A program made the position numbers and the translations under genes. Below the pieces are notes generated by a model, which saw nothing but the letters and a program-made list of their open reading frames with translations, did no database searches and had not been told where the DNA came from. A stretch of DNA of 64,000 nt, from IMG/VR virus record IMGVR_UViG_3300044641_005618. One strand, given 5' to 3'. The DNA comes from a virus (taxonomy: Duplodnaviria > Caudoviricetes). Numbering within the stretch: the first letter of the stretch is position 1; the number at the start of each line of letters is the position of its first letter. Of the stretch, positions 45,994 through 56,808 are shown one piece after another.

Positions 45994-48900
45994 TAGCTAA
46001 GCCTCCAACCGTTTGTAGAGTCAATGTAAGTAAAGGTCATAGCAGCATACTTTTTGTCAAGGGTGAGGTTTTGTGAAAGTCCCATTATGTTTGAGCCGTT
46101 GCGGCCAACTACAGTATTCAACCAAGTGCCAGCAACAACTACAGTCAGGGCGTCTCCAGGGGAGGGTGTTGCTGGTAATGTAATCGTTTTTCCTGAGGCG
46201 GTGACAACCACGTAGTCGGGTACTGAAGCCGTGTAGTTGTCATTAACTACTACAACTGGAATTCCACCGGTTGAAGTCTGAACCCACTGCCTCGATGTTC
46301 CGTCGTTGTACAGAATGAAGAGGGCTCCGGAGTTAGGATTCCAGTACAACGACCCGTCTATTGCCCCCTCGGGGGAACTTCCAATCGAAGGTGCAGTGGT
46401 AAGGGCGGGAACTTTGAGCTTGACTGTCGAGTCCGAGACATCAATACCCAACCCCCCTGTAATATCCGAGGAAATATTCTGGTTGTTGCTCTCGGGGAAG
46501 TAGCTCCCAAGGTCGGCTACACCCAGGGTCTCATTCGTGCTTAAGTCAGTTAACCCTGCAGCAGTTACAAAATAACCTTCCTGATTTGAGCCTGTTGCGT
46601 AAACACGGCCCCCAAGCTGGTTGGTGAAGTAGTAAGTGAACTGGTTTTGAATTGACAAGTCCCCTTGATAAGACGGTAAAGCTTTCGTGTAGTTTAAGAA
46701 ACCCGCCCACTCCCAAGAATGGCCAAACATGCGGACTGTGGATGGCCTACGGAAGTCAATAGACCAGTGTGCCAAGGCATTCGCCACTCCCGACGGCGCA
46801 TACCCTTTCATGTCCTCACTATTTGATGTGTCAAGCTCCCTGTTAGGGGTTGTGGTAGGAGTCAATAAGCTTCTGGCTTGGCTATTAGTAAAGCCGATGC
46901 CAACTAGAAACTGGTAGAGACCACGGTAGTCAGTAGCAGTAGTATACTGGCCCTTAATTGCTTCGTCGTTCGTCCAGCATGTTGTTAAGTTGTATCCACA
47001 ATTCGAAGTTCCGGCTAAACCGTCCGTGTCGTTGTCAAAGACAACTACAGGAGTGGTGTTCAGGAAGAAGTCGTAAGCATTGTAGTCAGACTCCATGTGA
47101 ACGTACGACTCTTTCCACTTCTCGAAGTCGAAAACAGTGTCGAAGTTTTTAAGGACACAACTATAGTGTTTATTCAGGTGGCGTACTGTTTCTCCCTTGC
47201 GGTAGTACTCACCAGGGGTCCAAGTTTTGACTGCGTTGGACCGCTGTAAAACAACTCTGGACTTTTTAGCAACAGCGTCTGAGCCAATTGGAACCAAGTC
47301 CGACTTTTTCACAATAACCAAGTCCGAGTCTGACATGAGGCTTAGAACAGGTCCCCCAGGAGAGGTTTGTAGAACGTAGTCTCTCATCGGAGAGCGAACA
47401 TTCGGGTTCGTGTTTGTGATGTTTACGCTAAACTGCCTCTGGCTCGGGGACCTTGTGTCAACTAGGCGACGAATAAACACTCGACTACCTGAAAGGCTCG
47501 CCTGGTTACCCGTACCCCCAGGCACACCACCGATCTGATTCTGCATTGCAGCAGATATCTTAATTTGCTCGGGGTTTGCAGCATCCCAGGCGCCCGTAGC
47601 TAAAGGTGCTCTCCAGGAAAAACCTCGTGGGTTTTCTATCCAAAGGTAACTTCCAGCTTTGAACGTGTAATTTCTGGAAGCCAGAATTTGAGGCTCTCCT
47701 GAATAAACTTCCGACTCCAAAAGTGGTTTGTCTAGAGTTATAATAGTTGAGTTGTTCACCTGACCGGAAGAGACCTTGCCGATCTCAATGGTTCTGACGA
47801 CAGTTTGCTGATCCGCTAAGTTGGTGGCAACGTTTATGGTTGCAACGTCCCAATTCGTATCTTGAGGAAAAGCCTCAGACTTGTAACCTTCGGCTAAAGC
47901 AGCACAGCCACCGAAGGAACTATTGGAGTTAGTTATTGAGATTTCTCCGCCGCTTTTCACCCAGTGGTGCACACCTTGCCCAATGGCAAACACGGAAACC
48001 TCCTGAACGAACGCGTCGTTAATAGCTCGTATATGGTAGGACCTTCGAGTAGGGTCCATTCTCAGGTTGTTGGGGTCTAGGGTAATATAGGTGTTGTAGT
48101 TGGAAATCGTGTTCCCCCAAACGTTCGTGAAGGCGTTATATCTCTGCCAACAGTACAAGTCTCTCTGCAGGGAAACTCCAGTGAACTGAGATGTTACGAT
48201 GGACTTAAACCCGGTCACATCATTCCCATCCGCGTTTATGCCACAGAGGCCATAGCTGGATCTTATGGAACAGTTAAAAATGTACGGAGAGGAGCCGGTG
48301 ATTCCGTCAGTGGTCTCCTCCGGAATCCCTGAGGGTTGGGGTGCAACAATTTCGGTCTCTCCTGGGTTTGTGATGAGGTTTGGACTGAGTTGAGCGAAAA
48401 TTGTCTGAGCTTTAGCGTAGTACGCAGTTAGGTCAGTGTCGGAGACGAACGAGAAGCAATCGAGCAAGTGGTGGCTAGCCGCTAAACCCAGCTTGTCCTT
48501 GAAAGTAAAGTTGAAGAAGAACCCTCCCCCTGTAACGCGAAGAATCGAACCCCTGTTCGTGTCAATGTTCCCGGTCTTGGCCGGAACATAGTTCGGTCTA
48601 ATTATGGTTTTTCTCAAGTCCGCACCAATAACAGACACCCCTCGGGGAAGTATGACCCCGGCGTAAGAGTTGCTGTTCATCGCACTTAACTGGGACTCCG
48701 TTGGAGTCGTGCCGCTAACCCACGGGCTAACTGTAGCGCTCCCTGGCGTCCCATCAATGATGTGCTCTCCTGCCGAGCATTTTATCACAAAGCGGTCAAA
48801 TGCTAACGGGTTCGGTTGTGTTCCCACCTGGAATCGAGCAACCTCAAGAGCGGCTCTTTGAATTGTCTTGAATGGCTTCTGAGGAGTGTACCCTGACACA

Positions 48901-49481
48901 GCCATCTGATTTGTTACAATCGGTGAAACGGTGTTATCATAAATTCCTGAGACAAAAATGTCACTCCCAATCTGAGGGTTAACGTAAAGGGTGTAAGTCC
49001 CTGTGAGAAGTGCCTGGTTTAAGTCCGGTGGCCCATAAGATGCCGGAACCCAAGAGGTTCCTGTGCAAATGTACAGTCGCTCACTTTCACTGTTCCAGTA
49101 CAGACTTCCGATTGTGGCTTCGTCTTCGTTTGTTCCAATTTCAGGGACATTTTCAACTGTCCCGAAAGGTAGCGAGACTTTTATCGCCGTGCCGACTAAA
49201 TTTAAGCCAAATCCCGGATTCCTAACAACCCACGAAAGCACCCCGTTGGTGCCAACGGTGAGCTGACCACCAACCACCGGGGCAGCGGGCCAAACATACG
49301 AGTTAAAGGCTGTATTGCTGTTAGTTTTAATCACCCCTGACGAGGTCGAAGCATTGAAGGAAATAGTCCCGTCCAGCCCTATTGTTACGCCAGCCCCCTC
49401 CTTAACCCCCTGGGGCTGACCAGATAAAACAGCGCCCTTGCCGCTGTCTCCCATGAGTAGTTGAGCTCTTGTTAATGCCAC
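45993..49481 (-). CDS. large virion structural (tail fibre/baseplate) protein
   Basis: 1162 aa; LYVNPQ.GSD...PFKTIQRAALE and SPYIFNCSIRS.YG..G..ADG motifs; GTG start. Confidence 0.75.
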   Translation of the reverse strand: MALTRAQLLMGDSGKGAVLSGQPQGVKEGAGVTIGLDGTISFNASTSSGVIKTNSNTAFNSYVWPAAPVVGGQLTVGTNGVLSWVVRNPGFGLNLVGTAIKVSLPFGTVENVPEIGTNEDEATIGSLYWNSESERLYICTGTSWVPASYGPPDLNQALLTGTYTLYVNPQIGSDIFVSGIYDNTVSPIVTNQMAVSGYTPQKPFKTIQRAALEVARFQVGTQPNPLAFDRFVIKCSAGEHIIDGTPGSATVSPWVSGTTPTESQLSAMNSNSYAGVILPRGVSVIGADLRKTIIRPNYVPAKTGNIDTNRGSILRVTGGGFFFNFTFKDKLGLAASHHLLDCFSFVSDTDLTAYYAKAQTIFAQLSPNLITNPGETEIVAPQPSGIPEETTDGITGSSPYIFNCSIRSSYGLCGINADGNDVTGFKSIVTSQFTGVSLQRDLYCWQRYNAFTNVWGNTISNYNTYITLDPNNLRMDPTRRSYHIRAINDAFVQEVSVFAIGQGVHHWVKSGGEISITNSNSSFGGCAALAEGYKSEAFPQDTNWDVATINVATNLADQQTVVRTIEIGKVSSGQVNNSTIITLDKPLLESEVYSGEPQILASRNYTFKAGSYLWIENPRGFSWRAPLATGAWDAANPEQIKISAAMQNQIGGVPGGTGNQASLSGSRVFIRRLVDTRSPSQRQFSVNITNTNPNVRSPMRDYVLQTSPGGPVLSLMSDSDLVIVKKSDLVPIGSDAVAKKSRVVLQRSNAVKTWTPGEYYRKGETVRHLNKHYSCVLKNFDTVFDFEKWKESYVHMESDYNAYDFFLNTTPVVVFDNDTDGLAGTSNCGYNLTTCWTNDEAIKGQYTTATDYRGLYQFLVGIGFTNSQARSLLTPTTTPNRELDTSNSEDMKGYAPSGVANALAHWSIDFRRPSTVRMFGHSWEWAGFLNYTKALPSYQGDLSIQNQFTYYFTNQLGGRVYATGSNQEGYFVTAAGLTDLSTNETLGVADLGSYFPESNNQNISSDITGGLGIDVSDSTVKLKVPALTTAPSIGSSPEGAIDGSLYWNPNSGALFILYNDGTSRQWVQTSTGGIPVVVVNDNYTASVPDYVVVTASGKTITLPATPSPGDALTVVVAGTWLNTVVGRNGSNIMGLSQNLTLDKKYAAMTFTYIDSTNGWRLS

Positions 49482-49507
49482 TGTTCAGAACTAACATATA
49501 TAAAGAG

Positions 49508-49515
49508 TTTTACCC
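49508..49515 (-). promoter_or_regulatory. GGGTAAA late-type promoter motif
   Basis: GGGTAAAA, 26 nt before GTG 49481. Confidence 0.7.
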
Positions 49516-49518
49516 TAG

Positions 49519-52500
49519 TCATAGCACACCCGTCTCGTTCGCCAGAGATAGGACTATACCCGGCCCCCACCTTAAGAAACTACTCCCGTACTTACCCTGG
49601 TTTGGACAGAAAATAAACTCTGCGTTGGACACTACTCGTAGGTTTGCTACGGTGTTAGGTAGAGGGGCGTCAGTCGGGTCTAAGAAAGTCAAAACAGAAT
49701 TTTCCACAGTGTAGGATACACCAGGTAACTGCAACGCACCACCCAAGCTGAGCATAATATTCTCCGCTGTTACAGCAGAAGCATTCACCACCTTACCTCC
49801 GTACTTTAAGGGGAATGAAGTTCTAGCCCCGTTAAACTCCCCACTAATGTCGTCAAGTGAGTAAACTTCTACAGGGTAAGTCGAACGCAAAGACCAGTAC
49901 GAACCCGAACAAACAGATCTAATGTCTAGGGTAGTTCCTTCGGGGGGAACTCCTGTGAAGGAAAACCGAACAGTTGTTGGAGAGGTCCTCTCAACAGAAT
50001 AAGAGAACGGCAGAGAAGAGTTGACAGCGGACAAGGGTATTTGCTCCACCCCACCCAAAAATACGAACGTGTTGTTGGCGGTGACTTCCAGTGGGGCCAA
50101 TAAGCTTGGGTCTAAGGGAATGGTGGCCGTGAAGTTCGTTCTTGCTCCGTCAAAGGGCTCAACGAAGCTCAAAGACGCAACGGTTAGAGTTCGATTTGAG
50201 TCAACACTGGTTACAACCCGAATATTGCAGGACAAGCCTGCTGGAGGGGATTCTGCGAATTGGATCCTGTTCCCGATCAGAGAGTAGTTCACAAAGGGCT
50301 TTTGTACAGAAGCTCCGAGAGTTACAAATAAGGATTCTGCGGACAGCTGATCTGGCGGTATTGCTAAGCCACTGCGAGTCAAGTCAAAGGTTGAACGGGA
50401 CCCGTTGAGCTCAGGTGAGATGTCGTCGGCAGAGTATACAACAACTTGAGAAGGGAACTCAACGTATGGCTGTTCTTCATATATTTGTTGGTTGCTGGGG
50501 TTAATTGTCGGAGTAGAGTACTCGTAGAAGTTCGCTGTTAGCGCTTGACGCTGTGGGCCAAACTGAACAATTTCCCCCTTATCATTCACTCCCATTACGG
50601 TAAGTCTCCCGCTCCAAGTAGTGGTGGCTTGGTAGTCGGTAGCTAACTTTCGAGTGAAGTCGTTGCTCTGAAACTCGGGGAGTCCTCGAGAGTAGTTATA
50701 GTAACCCGCGTAAGCCCAAGTGTGGGTGTTGGCAGATATAATCGAAGGTTGGTTAAATTCAAGAGGCCATTTATCTACCGTCAATGAGTAACCGTTTGTG
50801 GGAAGATTACCAACGAGGGACATAATTGACATTAGCCGTTCCCCCCAGTACTTTGGAACCAAATAAGGTTTTAGGACCCCCTTTGAATAGCCCATGACTT
50901 CAAAGAAGCGATACATTGCCCTTTTTGTGCTAGTCCAATCGGGGTCGTAAAGCTCAGGCTGAGGGAGTGGATTTGTACTACAAACTGTGACTACAGTCTG
51001 CTGTGGCCAGTTGTTTCCCGGTAGTGTTGTCGGGTAGTAACTGTTCTCATAAGTTAGACGTATTCCTCGAACGACGGTTCCGTTCAAGTTTATGACTCGA
51101 ATGTACTCAACACCAGAAGAAGAACTAAGTCGAATCACCGACGTTGTTTGACGTGGGTTCTCAATATCAACAGACGACAAAACGGAAAATTCCACTATTG
51201 AGGGTCGGTATCTCCGGGGTAGCGGAGTTAAGGTGGCGTCTTGTTTCAATTGCACCTCAGTCAAAGCAGAGACCGTGTAGGTGGCAGCGCCATCAGCTAA
51301 GTCTTTTAGGCACAGTCCAAGACTCTCTGTGCTGTCGTCCCCGTCATAAACACTCTGAGAAGAGTAAGTTGGGTAGGGGTCAGTGGCACCTCTAAAGTAG
51401 CTCTGCTCTGAGTACCCCTCTGTACTCAGGTAGGAGTCGATCGCGTAAGAACCTTGAAAAGTTTCTGAGACCTTTTCTTGTTTTTCCAGGACACTTGTGT
51501 CAACGAACGGTGAGCAGGTCTCGATCGGAGCCACAGAGAAAGGACCAAAGCTGTCCGTGAAACTTGAAGCCTCACCGTAATAAACGCAGTTCCACAGGTT
51601 GTTTTCAGCGGCGTACCAGTTTCTGTTTCTGTATGTCGTGTACGATCCAGACGGAAGGTTGAAATTACTTCCTTGCCCCCAGGGGCGACTGTAGTCGGTC
51701 GCCGTAATTGCCACATAGTAAGTAAGATCTTGGTTACTATCCCCAATGACGTAATTAAACTGAGGGGAAGACCCTTGTCCACCCGTCTCCATGGCGTCAA
51801 CTGTGAAGAGTCTCCCCCAACCCCCCAGGACCCCTGGGTCGAATTGAACATTCGGTCTTAGCGAAATTGAACCCTGTTGTTGGCTGGTTTGGTTTAGTCT
51901 TAGTACGGATCCTATTTGTGGGGCAATAGCGTTCGGTAGGGTGTTTCTTATAAACAGACTGTACGATCTTTCAAAGTCTTGTCTTGGGTCAGTAAACCTT
52001 CGAATATAGGGGACACCAAGAATTGGTAGTAGACTCTCATCATTCGGTATCGTACTGTCTGATGACCTTAAGCGGAGTTTAGCGAAGTTTACGGGGTCCC
52101 CAAGGCCAGTAATAACCGTTGGCCCCCCGTCTGCGGCAAAAAATCCGCGGTAGGTGCAGGACTCAGTTTCAACCCAAAGTGCTGTCCCTGGCCCTAAGGA
52201 GTAAGGAAGTAAGTGACAAGGGGAAAAGTCTGAGCTCAGCTCTAGTATTTGCGTGTTCGGGTCCTCGGGGTCGATATAAATCGCCTTAATCTTTCCCCCA
52301 AGGGAAAGTATTCTCTTGTTGTCTGGGTTCTCTACCTGAGACTTAAGCAGGGCCAGTGGCCTTTGAACGCCCTCAAGAACGAATCCCTTTCCGTTAGGCT
52401 TCGCACCGCCTATTGTGTTAATTCCAAGGAAACCCTCAGACTTAAACGCAACCGATCCGAAGTTTGTCGTGCTATTTGTTAGGCTGCAGGTTCCGCCGTT

Positions 52501-54291
52501 TAGTGCCCAAACCCCAATCGCAGGGCCGATACTATACACAGATTGAAACTGCCCGTGAGCCCCATTCCTGACGCGGAACCCGAAGTGTCGAAAGTCCCTT
52601 TCGATGTCTACAATTCCTATGCTTTGGCCGCCTGGCTCCGTGAGGCTCTTGTAGTAATACCGTATGTTATTTACGGGAGTGGAGTTTAACAAGGAAAGTT
52701 GATCCTTCACTGTAACGTCGGACAGCGAAGAAGGGCGAAGCTCCACTGGAGTCGATAGAAACTTCGCTTCAGTCAAATTCCACCACTTTTGCTCTGGTAG
52801 CTTCGTGGCCGGGTTTACGAGGGTTGTGTAAATTTCGTACACGCACGGGTCGTTCTGTAAAGAAACCGCTGTGCAAGAGACTGCGACTACCGACTTAAAC
52901 CCGGAAACAGACGCCCCGTCGAAATCCCCCCAGTTCATGCCATAGTCGGATCTGAGAACAACGTCTTTTGCGTAAAACGGCGAGTTTCTCGTGGTGTTTG
53001 AATCCTCGTTGTTAGGGTAGGCCCCAACTGGGGCTACGATTGTATAGTCCCCGCTATCTACTAGGGACATGCCCTTTGTGACTTTCCCGCCAAAGAAGTC
53101 AGGAAATGCCTTCTGAACTTTCGTGAAGTACTCACCAATCTCAAATAAAGTTGCGTTTTCGAACACCTTGAGCCTGTGAGCAGACTTTAGAGTGTTTTCC
53201 ACTAAAAACTTCGGCGTTGTCTTATCACTGAATGTCGGTAAAGAGGAGAAAGGTACGTACTCCGCAGCGGGAGTCTCTGTTTGAGACCCGAAAGATAAGT
53301 AAAAGCGGTCAGTATCAATGGGGACAACATAGTAGTTCCCTGCGGTGAATGTCCCTGTGCTCTGATCCACAGTCGGCTCGAAACTTACGGACGCGACATC
53401 ATTGAATAAGTGTCCGTGCGGTCTTTCGGAAATAAAAACGGCTAGTCCGTTTTCTTCTGTAATTGAAATAACAGTTCTCGATGACAATTTGTCAACTACG
53501 GAGAAGGACTCAGCTACAGAATTTCCTACGCATTTGAAAATTGAGCTTAAGGGTTGGTCAATTCCTCGATAAGCTGCAGGAAATGCCGGGTTGAAATATG
53601 ACGGAACAAATGCCGGGGAAACAACGCACTTTTTTAGATCGAGCCCTATAATAGAGATGCCGAAGGGGACAATTATCCCTCCACTTAGTGGGTTGAACTG
53701 CTGGAGTTGCGCAGTTGTAACTTTGTCGCCTGAAGAAGAGAAATTTACAGTGAAGTCATCGAGGCTAACGCCGGGGCCATTGTTGGCTGTTATGAGAGAG
53801 GAGGAGAGAAGGATCGTATAGCGATTGCTTTCGTTCGAAGTGGGGAAACCAGCTAAAACGCGGCTTATGTATATCTTCGAAAGCTCAAGTATTGCTCGGG
53901 ATAAAGTCTGAAAGGGCAAGGCTTGCCCGTCGTTTCGAAGAGAATCCGTTGAGTACTTAAACTCAGGCGCAACAAACACTATGCTCCCCCCGCCACCGAG
54001 GAAAGGAGCGGACACCGTGCGCCATTGACTCGTTGCGTCTCCTACATTGAGTGTGCCGTCCTCGGTGTCGAACCACAACTCTCCCTTTTCCGGGAGGTTC
54101 GTAGGAGGAAGGGGCAGCACTGAGGGGGGCCCAACTTTAATTACTTGACCGTCAGTGACTGAGAAGAAAAGCCCTGGTTCTTCGCTGTTTGTGTTTAAGC
54201 CGATTTCACCTGGCGGAAGGTGAGACGCACTCGGCCTCTTTCCGGCGATTGAGGAGCGCTTCAGAACTATTCGTTTGGCTTTGGCTGACAT
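49519..54291 (-). CDS. large virion structural protein, paralogue of 45993..49481 with a fibre-type N-terminus
   Basis: 1590 aa; KRSS..GKRP...L.PGEIGLN N-terminus; shared PF.T..RA.LE and SP....L.S.YG...G.V.GFKS domains; repeated F-[D/N]-G-x-R-x-x-F units near the C-terminus. Confidence 0.78.
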   Translation of the reverse strand: MSAKAKRIVLKRSSIAGKRPSASHLPPGEIGLNTNSEEPGLFFSVTDGQVIKVGPPSVLPLPPTNLPEKGELWFDTEDGTLNVGDATSQWRTVSAPFLGGGGSIVFVAPEFKYSTDSLRNDGQALPFQTLSRAILELSKIYISRVLAGFPTSNESNRYTILLSSSLITANNGPGVSLDDFTVNFSSSGDKVTTAQLQQFNPLSGGIIVPFGISIIGLDLKKCVVSPAFVPSYFNPAFPAAYRGIDQPLSSIFKCVGNSVAESFSVVDKLSSRTVISITEENGLAVFISERPHGHLFNDVASVSFEPTVDQSTGTFTAGNYYVVPIDTDRFYLSFGSQTETPAAEYVPFSSLPTFSDKTTPKFLVENTLKSAHRLKVFENATLFEIGEYFTKVQKAFPDFFGGKVTKGMSLVDSGDYTIVAPVGAYPNNEDSNTTRNSPFYAKDVVLRSDYGMNWGDFDGASVSGFKSVVAVSCTAVSLQNDPCVYEIYTTLVNPATKLPEQKWWNLTEAKFLSTPVELRPSSLSDVTVKDQLSLLNSTPVNNIRYYYKSLTEPGGQSIGIVDIERDFRHFGFRVRNGAHGQFQSVYSIGPAIGVWALNGGTCSLTNSTTNFGSVAFKSEGFLGINTIGGAKPNGKGFVLEGVQRPLALLKSQVENPDNKRILSLGGKIKAIYIDPEDPNTQILELSSDFSPCHLLPYSLGPGTALWVETESCTYRGFFAADGGPTVITGLGDPVNFAKLRLRSSDSTIPNDESLLPILGVPYIRRFTDPRQDFERSYSLFIRNTLPNAIAPQIGSVLRLNQTSQQQGSISLRPNVQFDPGVLGGWGRLFTVDAMETGGQGSSPQFNYVIGDSNQDLTYYVAITATDYSRPWGQGSNFNLPSGSYTTYRNRNWYAAENNLWNCVYYGEASSFTDSFGPFSVAPIETCSPFVDTSVLEKQEKVSETFQGSYAIDSYLSTEGYSEQSYFRGATDPYPTYSSQSVYDGDDSTESLGLCLKDLADGAATYTVSALTEVQLKQDATLTPLPRRYRPSIVEFSVLSSVDIENPRQTTSVIRLSSSSGVEYIRVINLNGTVVRGIRLTYENSYYPTTLPGNNWPQQTVVTVCSTNPLPQPELYDPDWTSTKRAMYRFFEVMGYSKGVLKPYLVPKYWGERLMSIMSLVGNLPTNGYSLTVDKWPLEFNQPSIISANTHTWAYAGYYNYSRGLPEFQSNDFTRKLATDYQATTTWSGRLTVMGVNDKGEIVQFGPQRQALTANFYEYSTPTINPSNQQIYEEQPYVEFPSQVVVYSADDISPELNGSRSTFDLTRSGLAIPPDQLSAESLFVTLGASVQKPFVNYSLIGNRIQFAESPPAGLSCNIRVVTSVDSNRTLTVASLSFVEPFDGARTNFTATIPLDPSLLAPLEVTANNTFVFLGGVEQIPLSAVNSSLPFSYSVERTSPTTVRFSFTGVPPEGTTLDIRSVCSGSYWSLRSTYPVEVYSLDDISGEFNGARTSFPLKYGGKVVNASAVTAENIMLSLGGALQLPGVSYTVENSVLTFLDPTDAPLPNTVANLRVVSNAEFIFCPNQGKYGSSFLRWGPGIVLSLANETGVL

Positions 54292-54331
54292 TTGCTAAAG
54301 AGCTTAAGACTGTGTGCAGAGGCACTCATAC

Positions 54332-54339
54332 TTTTACCC
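54332..54339 (-). promoter_or_regulatory. GGGTAAA late-type promoter motif
   Basis: GGGTAAAA, 40 nt before ATG 54291. Confidence 0.6.
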
Positions 54340-54341
54340 CC

Positions 54342-54503
54342 TCAAATGTACCTCGCTGCCTCTTTCGCCTCAGAGCTCACTCCGCGTTTCCCAAGCTCCA
54401 TTGCCGTGTTAAGAATTTCCCGAGCGCGACTTCTTTCGCGTGGGTTTCCCCTCACCCTCTTGTAGAGGGACATTAAGTCCAGGTACTTTTGATCCTTTTC
54501 CAT
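54342..54503 (-). CDS. kinase-partner small protein B (53 aa)
   Basis: Manual translation MEKDQKYLDLMSLYKRVRGNPRERSRAREILNTAMELGKRGVSSEAKEAARYI; TAATG overlap. Confidence 0.8.
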   Translation of the reverse strand: MEKDQKYLDLMSLYKRVRGNPRERSRAREILNTAMELGKRGVSSEAKEAARYI

Positions 54504-55771
54504 TAACTAACCCCTTCGTATAGTATGGAAATAAGCCTTGCAGCGTCGTCCTTGCCGATCTTACCCCAAGCACCTTTGTTGTAAGAGCTGAGTGGTTGGT
54601 CTAAACTGTGGGTCACCACCTCAGCAATATCGTCTTTGTTAAGACCAAGCTTTTCCATCTCGGTGTAAACTTTGATTCGGTTTCGTATAATCTTCCCGAG
54701 GTTTGTTTGGGGGGTAGTACCCTTCGAAGTAGCTGTAGCGGATGGTGGCAAGTAAAACTGCTTGTTGTCTCGTGCCTGGAAATCCCCTGAGTTTTCATTG
54801 AGTGGCTTTCTGAGCATTGCACCAGGGGGTAGTAAGTACCTCACCGATAAAACTCCAATGGCCTCTGAGAGAGCTGCACGAGGGTCATCCTGTGAAACAC
54901 CGAAGTCAACAAAACGTGCTTTCCCCTTGTCATCGATAATTACGTTTCCTACGTGGGCGTCATTATGGGCAACACCTTGCTCATGGAGTTTCTTTCGTAG
55001 GGCGTAGTAAGAGTCGCCCACAGTTGTGTTTCCAACTGGGCTTTCGTAAGAGTCAAAGTCTTCAGCTGACTTACCCTTTACACGGGACATTGCTATTCTT
55101 CCAGGGTAGTACCCAGCGTTGTTGAACTCAGCAGACTTATTCATCTCAGCCGAGATTAGCTTGGGGGTTATATCCTTTCCACTTAATTTCTCAAGAATTC
55201 TCACTTCATTTTCCCCCACCTCCCCTCTTTTCACGACTACGGACGGGGGTGGTTTGGATGCAATTACCGCTCCGTACAATCCTGATCCTAGCCCTTTTGA
55301 CCCCGACTCGTACGACTGTTTCCAGTCGTAGCTACCACCTAACTTTAGGGTTGGTGTGAACTCGGTGTCGAATTCGAGTGCGTTTTGGCGTTCTTGAATA
55401 GCTGGGCGGTCCGCCCTGGTGTGCTTAACCCATGTGTCAAAGAGTGCCTTTTCAACTTTCGTAGCCCTGTCTATCTCCTCGTCCGTCATATACTCTTTGT
55501 TACGTAGCTCAGCAAGCTGGCGCTCTGCCTCCCGCTTTAACGAGGGGAAGTCACTACTGGCATTGACCGTTGCCTTCGGGCCTAAGGCTAGGGCATCAAT
55601 AAGGTCCTTGACCAAGGGGTTTGTCTCGCCATTCTTAGCAACTTTGCCTGCTAAGGACCCCTGTAAGTTTTCTACTTGGTGGGATAGTTTAGGGGTCAAG
55701 GAGGCTCTGCACTTAGCCTCGCGGCTAATGCAGGTACCTCCACAGCTCTTCCCCTTAGTGCAGCGCTTCAT
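54503..55771 (-). CDS. protein kinase with an N-terminal C-x5-C-x3-C-x6-C module
   Basis: MKRCTKGKSCGGTCISREAKC; LGSGLYG, VVK, HNDAHVGNV, FVDFG. Confidence 0.88.
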   Translation of the reverse strand: MKRCTKGKSCGGTCISREAKCRASLTPKLSHQVENLQGSLAGKVAKNGETNPLVKDLIDALALGPKATVNASSDFPSLKREAERQLAELRNKEYMTDEEIDRATKVEKALFDTWVKHTRADRPAIQERQNALEFDTEFTPTLKLGGSYDWKQSYESGSKGLGSGLYGAVIASKPPPSVVVKRGEVGENEVRILEKLSGKDITPKLISAEMNKSAEFNNAGYYPGRIAMSRVKGKSAEDFDSYESPVGNTTVGDSYYALRKKLHEQGVAHNDAHVGNVIIDDKGKARFVDFGVSQDDPRAALSEAIGVLSVRYLLPPGAMLRKPLNENSGDFQARDNKQFYLPPSATATSKGTTPQTNLGKIIRNRIKVYTEMEKLGLNKDDIAEVVTHSLDQPLSSYNKGAWGKIGKDDAARLISILYEGVS

Positions 55772-56223
55772 TTTCTATTAGCGACTTCACCTGGTTCTTT
55801 GAAGTTATGTAGCAGTTCTTGTAAGCGATCGATACGGGTACTCATAGAGTCAATCCGCTCTGAGTAGGAAGTCTCCATACCGGCAGCGATATTGTGGTCG
55901 TCATTGTTCTTTCGAGCCAGGTCAAGCGTTGCCATTTTGCCGTCAATTTCCTCGCGCTCTTTCACAAGTTTCTTTGTCGCAGCCATCTGCCTTTGAAGTT
56001 CTTGAAACGCTCCACGCTGTCGAGAGAGCTTCATGGCAAAGCCCAAGTCAGCAATTGCTCTCGATATCGCTTCGTGCCGCTCGCCCATAGCGTCGTACTC
56101 CCCGAAGCTGGGGCGGAGAGTCGAGGTGGCTGAGGGTTCCATCACAGTTCCTCGGTAGTAATCCGTCGGAGTGTGGGAGAAACCTTCAAGCTGAAGTTCA
56201 TTCTCGGGGAAGTTAGGATTCAT
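55768..56223 (-). CDS. hypothetical coiled-coil protein
   Basis: 151 aa; contains SFGE and SYSE motifs; late motif upstream. Confidence 0.6.
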   Translation of the reverse strand: MNPNFPENELQLEGFSHTPTDYYRGTVMEPSATSTLRPSFGEYDAMGERHEAISRAIADLGFAMKLSRQRGAFQELQRQMAATKKLVKEREEIDGKMATLDLARKNNDDHNIAAGMETSYSERIDSMSTRIDRLQELLHNFKEPGEVANRK

Positions 56224-56263
56224 GGGTTCCCTTCTTGAGAAAAGAGATTCTTGTTGTACATAA

Positions 56264-56271
56264 CTTTACCC
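56264..56271 (-). promoter_or_regulatory. GGGTAAA late-type promoter motif
   Basis: GGGTAAAG, 40 nt before ATG 56223. Confidence 0.6.
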
Positions 56272-56286
56272 TTCACTACTGTGGGT

Positions 56287-56808
56287 CTAACCGCCGAGCT
56301 GACGAATTTGACTCTGTATGGCCTGGCGCCCACTCTCGGTGGTTTGACTCGCTAAGGCTTTCTTAAGCCCTTCTACCCTGTTCGTTTGAACTGCGGAGGA
56401 CTGCGACTGGGTCGGCTGCTTTGCGAACGGCACTTTTTGCTTCGGGCCCACCTTTGCCTCTCCTGCAACAGACCCCCAGGCTACGATTACTGGCTTGCCT
56501 CCCTTGATGGCCCAGCCGAACTTCTTCCCCTCAACCGTAAAAGCCTTTTTATTGGCTGCGGACGCTTGCTCTTTTGTTGACGCCCCGGCACCTTGTTTCT
56601 GAGCTTCGTTGCTTAGCTGCTCTTCTTGCTTGCTTCTTTTCGACGTGTCGAAATCTTTCCCCCCGGTCCCCCCAACTTTCCTGCACACACCGTATACCAT
56701 CTTCTCATCGGATTCACACGCCGCAAAGTCCCAGTCGATAATTGTGTAGTGGACACCTTCGATTGAGTGATCAACTGAAGGGAAGTTAAAATTGTTCATG
56801 GGTGTCAC
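56287..56808 (-). CDS. basic protein with a divergent DFxxC module
   Basis: WDFAACESDEKMVYGVCRKVG. Confidence 0.65.
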   Translation of the reverse strand: MTPMNNFNFPSVDHSIEGVHYTIIDWDFAACESDEKMVYGVCRKVGGTGGKDFDTSKRSKQEEQLSNEAQKQGAGASTKEQASAANKKAFTVEGKKFGWAIKGGKPVIVAWGSVAGEAKVGPKQKVPFAKQPTQSQSSAVQTNRVEGLKKALASQTTESGRQAIQSQIRQLGG